Of a stretch of DNA of 64,000 nucleotides, positions 58,773 to 64,000 are shown in pieces. Source of the stretch: an uncultured Acidobacteriota bacterium (GTDB taxonomy: Bacteria > Acidobacteriota > Thermoanaerobaculia > Multivoradales > SZUA-115); the NCBI GenBank assembly GCA_963805975.1, contig CAWDVR010000004.1, forward strand, positions 160,001 to 224,000, given 5' to 3'. Under the pieces are notes generated by a model. That model ran no database searches and was not told the DNA's origin. It saw only the letters and a list, made by a program, of their open reading frames with translations. Made by a program: the position numbers and the translations under genes. Each line of letters starts with the position of its first letter. The first letter of the stretch is position 1.

Positions 58773-60295
58773 CGCTGCGGCGCCAGGAGCTCGTCCTCGC
58801 CGGCCGAGATCTGGACCAGGCGCTCGACCGGCGCGAGCTCGTCGGTGAGGAGGTGTGCTCCCAGCAGCTCGAGATCGACCTCGAGATAGAGCTTTTCGAC
58901 CATCAGGGTGGCGGGCACCTCGAGGCCGGCCGCGGCATCGAGCTGCCGGGCGGCGGCCAGCAGGGCCTCGCGCGGTGCACGGCTCTCCTCCTGCGTGGCC
59001 AGCACCACGACGTTGGTGAGGCGCGGGGCCCGGAAAGCGTAGAGCTGCGGAAACACCTCGGCCAGCGTGCGGTACATGGCGCGGGTGAAGGGGCTCCCCA
59101 GGCCTCCGGCGAGGTTCAGGGCCAGCACGCCGTCCGGCGTCAGACGGTCGCGGACCAGGCGAAAGAACTCGACCGTGGCGAGATGGAAGGGTACGGCACG
59201 GCCGACGTAGGTGTCGGCGAAGATGAAGTCCCAGCGGCGCTCGCTCCGGCGCAGGAAGCGCCGCGCGTCGTCGATCGTCAGCACGTCGCCGGGCGCCGGG
59301 GCAAAGCCCAGGAAACGGCCCGCCACCTCCGGCACCGCGGGATCGATCTCCACGTAGTCGAAGCTCATCCCGGGCTTCACCTCGCGCATCACCCTGGCGC
59401 AGCTCCCGGCGCCCAGCCCCAGGAGCAGGCCGCGCTCGATGTCCGGCTTGAAGAGCAGGGCCGCGGGCGCGATGCGGATGTAGTTGAGGGCGGGCTTGCC
59501 GTCGGCGATCCGGATGCCGGCCTGCACCACCCGGTCGCTCTCGAGGTAGCGCTCGCCGTCGACCTCCGCCACCTGCAGGGTCTGGTACGGCGTGATGCGC
59601 CGATAGAGAGCGCCGGCGTAGCTCTCGCGCGGCCGGGCGTGAGAGCCGGCGAGCGCCAGGAGCGCCACGGTGAGGAGGAGGGCCGGCCCCTCGCGCCGGG
59701 CGGTGCCGGCCGAGAACGGGCCCAGGAGCGCCACGCCGCCGGTCGCGGCGGTCAGCGCGAGGAGCAGCGCGAGGACCTGCTCGAGCGTCAGGAACGGGAT
59801 CAGGAGGAAGGTGCAGGCGAGGGTGCCGAGGAGGCTGCCGGCGGTCGAGAGCGCGTAGAGGCGACCGGCCTGGTGCCCCAGGTGGTCGAGGTCGCGAGCC
59901 GCGAGCCGCACCGCCCACGGCGACACCATGCCGAAGAGCACGGACACGGGGCCGAAGAGCACGCCCGCCGCGAGCAGGGTGCCGGCGGGGCTGCCGCCGG
60001 TGGCGCGACCGAGCGCGGCCACCAGGGGCTCGCCCCAGAGCAGCAGCCCGCCGAGGAGGGTCGCCGCCAGCACCACCAGCCGCCCCAGCGCGGCGAAGCT
60101 GGGGAAGCGGTCGGCGAGCTGGCCGCCGGCCACGTAGCCCAGCGACAGTGCGGCCAGGAACACGCTGATGATCGATCCCCAGACGTAGACGCTGCTGCCG
60201 AAATGGGGGGAGAGGAGGCGGCTCGAGAGGATCTCGAGCGCCATCAGCACCCCGCCGCAGGCGGCCACCAGGAAGTAGAAGCGCAGAGCGCGCAT
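58769..60295 (-). CDS. Fused MFS-like membrane domain / spermidine synthase-like SAM-binding protein
   Basis: MALEI...R...P.FGSS..VW, GRLYA.ST.GS..G; LLGLGAGS, VEIDPAV, DDAR.FL, P.HL.T.EF, LTDE.AP. Confidence 0.85.
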   Translation of the reverse strand: MRALRFYFLVAACGGVLMALEILSSRLLSPHFGSSVYVWGSIISVFLAALSLGYVAGGQLADRFPSFAALGRLVVLAATLLGGLLLWGEPLVAALGRATGGSPAGTLLAAGVLFGPVSVLFGMVSPWAVRLAARDLDHLGHQAGRLYALSTAGSLLGTLACTFLLIPFLTLEQVLALLLALTAATGGVALLGPFSAGTARREGPALLLTVALLALAGSHARPRESYAGALYRRITPYQTLQVAEVDGERYLESDRVVQAGIRIADGKPALNYIRIAPAALLFKPDIERGLLLGLGAGSCARVMREVKPGMSFDYVEIDPAVPEVAGRFLGFAPAPGDVLTIDDARRFLRRSERRWDFIFADTYVGRAVPFHLATVEFFRLVRDRLTPDGVLALNLAGGLGSPFTRAMYRTLAEVFPQLYAFRAPRLTNVVVLATQEESRAPREALLAAARQLDAAAGLEVPATLMVEKLYLEVDLELLGAHLLTDELAPVERLVQISAGEDELLAPQR

Positions 60296-60330
60296 GGCGC
60301 GGAAGTCTAATCCAGGCGGTGTCCGGACCC

Positions 60331-60415
60331 GGATGGATTCCCGCTTGCGCGGGAATGACACTTCTGGAAGGGGCCTTGCTCAAGCCGTCATTCGCGCGCA
60401 AGCGGGAATCCATCC
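60331..60415. repeat. REP/REPIN-like pair of inverted 29-bp palindromic repeats (ATTCCCGC..GCGGGAAT class)
   Basis: 60331-60359 and 60387-60415 are reverse complements with 1 mismatch, separated by 27 bp; each copy is internally palindromic. Confidence 0.8.
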
Positions 60416-60510
60416 GACGCTCGATGTGCCACGGGCAGAGGCTTCCCAAGCCTCTACCACCGTCCGACCAGTTGCCGGCCCTGCGAGACCGGGGGAAGAT
60501 AGGCCCTCCG

Positions 60511-62112
60511 ATGGCTTTTCAATCTGTTGGGCCGAGCTCCGCGCCGGACCGGCCGCCGCGCTGGCTGCTCGCCCTCGCGCTGCTGCCGGTGGGCTTCTAC
60601 CTGGCTGCCGAGTGGCAGGCGACGGGAAGCGTGCTGGGCCTGCCGCTCGACGACAGCTTCATCCATCTCCAGTTCGGCAAGAGCCTTGCCGCCGGCCAGG
60701 GCCTCGCCTACAACCCGGGCGAGCAGGTGGGCGGCTCGACCGCGCCGCTGTGGACGGCGCTGGTCTCGCTGCTCTTCTTCCTGCCCGGCCCGGTGATCGC
60801 CTGGACCAAGCTCCTGGGCATCGCCCTGCACCTGGGCGTGGTGGCGGCCACTTGGCGGCTGGCGCGGGAGCTCGGCCTGCCGCGTGGGCTCGCCACCCTG
60901 GCCGCCGCGCTGACCGCCGGCACCTACTGGCTCGTCTGGTCGGCGCTCTCGGGGATGGAGGTCCCACTCTTCACCCTGCTCACCCTCTCGGGGCTCGTGC
61001 TGCAAGTGCGCGACCGCCGTGAGCCTGGGCGGCTGCCCCTCTCCTTCGCCCTCTTCGCGGCTGCGGCCCTGGCGCGGCCGGAAGGACTGCTCCTTCTGGC
61101 GCTGGCGATCGTCGACCGGCTGCTGGTGGTGGAGCCGAGCGCGGGTGGCTGGAGCCTCGCTGCTCTCCCCTGGCGTGCGATCGGCCGCGGGCTCTTGCTC
61201 GCGGTGCTGATCGTGGTGCCCACGGCGTGGGCCTACCAGGCGATGGGCGGCTCGCCGCTGCCCTCCACCTTCGCGGTCAAGGCGGGCTCGGCCCCGCGCC
61301 TGCTGCCGGACTTGCGGTACGTACACCTCGTGCTGGGCATCCTGATGAAGCCACAGCCCTGGATGGCCCTCCTGGCCGGAGCCGGGGTGATGAGGCTCGC
61401 CGAGCGCCTGGGCTCGAAGGAGGACCGCGGCCTGCTGCCCGGGCTCTGGGTGCTGGGGTTGCCGGTGGCCTACTCGCTGCTCTCGCCGCCGGGGGCGAGC
61501 CCGCTGGTGGGCAACTTCGGGCGCTACTTCTTTCCCCTGTTCCCCCCGCTCGTGGTGCTCGGCGCCCTCGGCCTGGCGCCGCTCGCCGCCGCGCTCGCCG
61601 GCGGCGCCGGCCGAAGCTCCCGGCGCTTCGCGCTGGCCGCGGCGGCGACCGCCCTGCTCGTCGCACCGAGCCTCGTCGCGCTGGCGAAGAACGCCCGTTT
61701 CTACGCCACCAACGTCGCCAACCTCGAAGCGAGCGACGTCACGCTCGGCCGCCTCCTCGCCGCGCGGGTGCCGGCCGCGGCGGTGGTCGCGGTGGAGGAC
61801 ATCGGCGCCATCAAATACCTGGCGCCGCAGCGGGTGGTCGACCTCGTGGGCCTGGTCTCGCCCGAGGTGCTGCGAGCCGCGCGCGACGCCCGGTCCCCAT
61901 CGGACCCCGCCGGCGACCGCGGGGTCGCGGCGCTCCTCGAGCGCGAGCAGCCGGACCTGGTCGCCGCCTTCTCCAACTTCCGGCCGCGCCTCTTCGGCGA
62001 CCCCGGCCGCTTCCGGCCGCTGATCAGGCTCCCGGTGCCGGAGAACATCACCATGGCGGGCGACGAGCTGGTGCTCTACGCGACACCCTGGTGCCGGTTC
62101 GAGGTGCGATAG
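60511..62112 (+). CDS. Polytopic membrane protein, GT-C-fold glycosyltransferase-like
   Basis: DDSFI after TM1, G..YNPGE...GST.PLW, SGME, RPEG, RY..P, DIGA motifs; many TM helices. Confidence 0.75.
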   Translation: MAFQSVGPSSAPDRPPRWLLALALLPVGFYLAAEWQATGSVLGLPLDDSFIHLQFGKSLAAGQGLAYNPGEQVGGSTAPLWTALVSLLFFLPGPVIAWTKLLGIALHLGVVAATWRLARELGLPRGLATLAAALTAGTYWLVWSALSGMEVPLFTLLTLSGLVLQVRDRREPGRLPLSFALFAAAALARPEGLLLLALAIVDRLLVVEPSAGGWSLAALPWRAIGRGLLLAVLIVVPTAWAYQAMGGSPLPSTFAVKAGSAPRLLPDLRYVHLVLGILMKPQPWMALLAGAGVMRLAERLGSKEDRGLLPGLWVLGLPVAYSLLSPPGASPLVGNFGRYFFPLFPPLVVLGALGLAPLAAALAGGAGRSSRRFALAAAATALLVAPSLVALAKNARFYATNVANLEASDVTLGRLLAARVPAAAVVAVEDIGAIKYLAPQRVVDLVGLVSPEVLRAARDARSPSDPAGDRGVAALLEREQPDLVAAFSNFRPRLFGDPGRFRPLIRLPVPENITMAGDELVLYATPWCRFEVR

Positions 62113-62126
62113 GTACAATCCCGCCC

Positions 62127-63227
62127 GTGAACGTCCCCCCGATCGACCTCACCCGCGTCCATGCCCGCATCGCCGGCGAGCTCCAGTCCCGCTGGCAGCG
62201 CGTTCTCGCCTCCACCTCCTTCGTTCTCGGTGCCGAGGTCCGGGAGCTCGAGGAGTCCTTCAGCCGCTACCTCGGCGCGGCCGGCTGCGTGGCCGTCGCC
62301 AACGGCACGGACGCCCTGGTGCTGGCGCTGCGCGCGCTGGATCTCGCGCCCGGGGACGAGGTGCTGGTGCCGGCCTTCACCTTCTTCGCCACCGCCGAGG
62401 CCGTGATCCTGGCCGGCGGCAAGCCGGTGTTCGTGGACGTCGACCCGCGCACCCTGAACCTCGACCCCGAGGACGCGCGGGCGCGCGTCACCGAGGCCAC
62501 CGTGGGGGTGATCGGCGTCCACCTCTACGGCCGGCCGTTCGACGTCGCCCAGGTGGAGGCCCTCTGCGAGGAGCAGGGCCTCTGGCTGCTCGAGGACGCG
62601 GCCCAGGCCCAGGGCGCCTCCTGGCAGGAGCGCAAGGTGGGCACCCTCGGCAAGCTCGCCGCCTGGAGCTTCTACCCCACCAAGAACCTCGGCTGCTTCG
62701 GCGACGGCGGCGCCGTCACCGGGCCGGACGCCGTGCTCCTGGGGCGCGTCCGGAGCCTCGCCAACCACGGCCAGCAGGGCCGCTACAACCACCTCGAGGT
62801 GGGGACCAACAGCCGCCTGGACAGCCTCCAGGCCGCGGTCCTCAACTGCCGGCTGCCGCTCCTCGACCTCGACAACGCCCGCCGCCGCGAGCTCGCCTGC
62901 CGCTACCACGGCGCGCTCTCCGGCGTCGGCGACCTGAAGCTGATCGACGACCCGCCCGAGACCTTCTCCGTCTACCACCAGTACACCGTCCGCACCGCCC
63001 GTCGCGACGACCTCCAGGCCCACCTGGGCGCGGCCGGCATCGTGAGCTCCGTCCACTACCCCTCGCCCGTCCACCTCCAGCCGGCCCTGGCCGACCGCGG
63101 CACGCCGCCCTCCCTGCCGCACGCCGAGGCCGCCGCCCGCGAAGTGCTCTGCCTGCCGATCTTCCCGGAGATGACCAACGAGGAATCGGACCGCGTGTGC
63201 GCAGCGGTGCGCGAGTTCTACGGCTGA
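62127..63227 (+). CDS. DegT/DnrJ/EryC1/StrS-family sugar aminotransferase
   Basis: NGTDAL, FTFFAT, VHLYG, EDAAQA, SFYPTKNLG.FGDGG, NSRLD.LQAA. Confidence 0.95.
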   Translation: MNVPPIDLTRVHARIAGELQSRWQRVLASTSFVLGAEVRELEESFSRYLGAAGCVAVANGTDALVLALRALDLAPGDEVLVPAFTFFATAEAVILAGGKPVFVDVDPRTLNLDPEDARARVTEATVGVIGVHLYGRPFDVAQVEALCEEQGLWLLEDAAQAQGASWQERKVGTLGKLAAWSFYPTKNLGCFGDGGAVTGPDAVLLGRVRSLANHGQQGRYNHLEVGTNSRLDSLQAAVLNCRLPLLDLDNARRRELACRYHGALSGVGDLKLIDDPPETFSVYHQYTVRTARRDDLQAHLGAAGIVSSVHYPSPVHLQPALADRGTPPSLPHAEAAAREVLCLPIFPEMTNEESDRVCAAVREFYG

Positions 63228-64000
63228 GCGCCGACCTTCTCCGCCACCACGTACAGGGGCCGGGACAGGCCGGCGGTGAAGATGCGGCCCAGGTACTCGC
63301 CGAGGATGCCCAGGGTGAGGAGCTGGATGCCGCCCAGGAGGGAGAGCAAGCCCGCCGTGGAGGCCCATCCTGGCACCGCGAAGCCGGTCGCCAGGCGCAC
63401 CGTGATCACGTAGGCGAGGTAGGCGAAGGAGGCGAGCGAGACCAGGGCTCCCAGGGCGCTCGCCAGGCGCAGCGGCACCACCGAGAAGCCCAGGATGCCG
63501 TCGAGCGACAGGCGGACCATGCGCCGCAGGGTGTAGCTCGGCGTGCCGCCCAGGCGCTCCTCGGCCGCAAAGGGCAGGTAGGCCGTGGGCAGCCCCAGCC
63601 AGGGCAGGAGGCCGCGCAGGAAGGGTGCCGGCCCGGCGGCGCGGAGCACGGCGTCGCGCGCCGCGCGCGAGAGCAGGCGGAAGTCCGCGGCGCCCTCCCG
63701 CAAAGGTACCCCGGCCAGCCGCTGGAGCAGGCGGTAGAAGAGGCGGGAGGTCGCGCGCTTGAAGAGGCCCTCGCCGGCGCCCTTCTGCCGCACGCCTTGC
63801 ACCACCGCGAAGCCCTGGCGCCAGCGTGCGAGGAAAGCGGGCAGGAGCTCCGGCGGGTGCTGGCCGTCGGCGTCCAGCATCAAGACGGCCTCGCCGCGGG
63901 CCGCCTCGAGCCCGGCGACCAGTGCCGCCTGGTGGCCGAAGTTGCGCGAGAGGCGCAGGCCCGAGACCGCCGGCAGCCGCGCGGCGAGCCGGCCGATCTC
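63218..64000 (-). CDS. GT2-family polyprenol-phosphate glycosyltransferase (GtrB/ArnC-like), 5' end outside window
   Basis: LSRNFGHQAA, DADGQHPPE, DFRL, FLRG, R..G..SY, two C-terminal TM helices, GEYLGRI. Confidence 0.92.
   Translation of the reverse strand, partial: EIGRLAARLPAVSGLRLSRNFGHQAALVAGLEAARGEAVLMLDADGQHPPELLPAFLARWRQGFAVVQGVRQKGAGEGLFKRATSRLFYRLLQRLAGVPLREGAADFRLLSRAARDAVLRAAGPAPFLRGLLPWLGLPTAYLPFAAEERLGGTPSYTLRRMVRLSLDGILGFSVVPLRLASALGALVSLASFAYLAYVITVRLATGFAVPGWASTAGLLSLLGGIQLLTLGILGEYLGRIFTAGLSRPLYVVAEKVGAQP

Overview
High-GC (~70%) bacterial chromosomal window, diderm envelope gene set (bamD, cpoB, OmpA-family, TonB-domain protein); gene content suggests Acidobacteriota (Thermoanaerobaculia-like), which is inference only. 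1-33 kb is mostly housekeeping and envelope genes (truA, cdsA, rseP, PASTA protein, rpe, bamD, cpoB, LysM/TsaP-like, SLT, tatA, AmgK-like kinase, rlmN, pgeF, ftsEX, ruvC, accD, folC, nth, glyA, rpiB, purE, carboxyltransferase, tldD/pmbA). It also holds a pseudo-receiver/Ser-Thr kinase/TonB fusion, a DUF4388 protein and two type II TA modules (Xre-RES, Phd-VapC). 33.9-39 kb is an accessory island of exported proteins: a Tat dipeptidase, a two-headed Kazal lipoprotein, and a 768-aa lipoprotein with a transglutaminase/papain-like Cys-His-Asp triad plus an unknown secreted partner. 42.8-64 kb is a sigma54-controlled type IV filament locus: a PilR-like bEBP, a PilS-like kinase, fimT-pilV-pilW-pilX-pilY1, pilD, and two Cys-free GspG-like major pilin paralogues, each with its own -24/-12 promoter and each preceded by an M20 peptidase gene. 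It is followed by MFS-spermidine synthase, GT-C, DegT and GT2 genes that could modify the pilus. rlmN, folC (twice) and ychF carry +1 frameshifts that are probably assembly errors. Many genes look leaderless. No rRNA, tRNA, CRISPR array or transposase was recognised.
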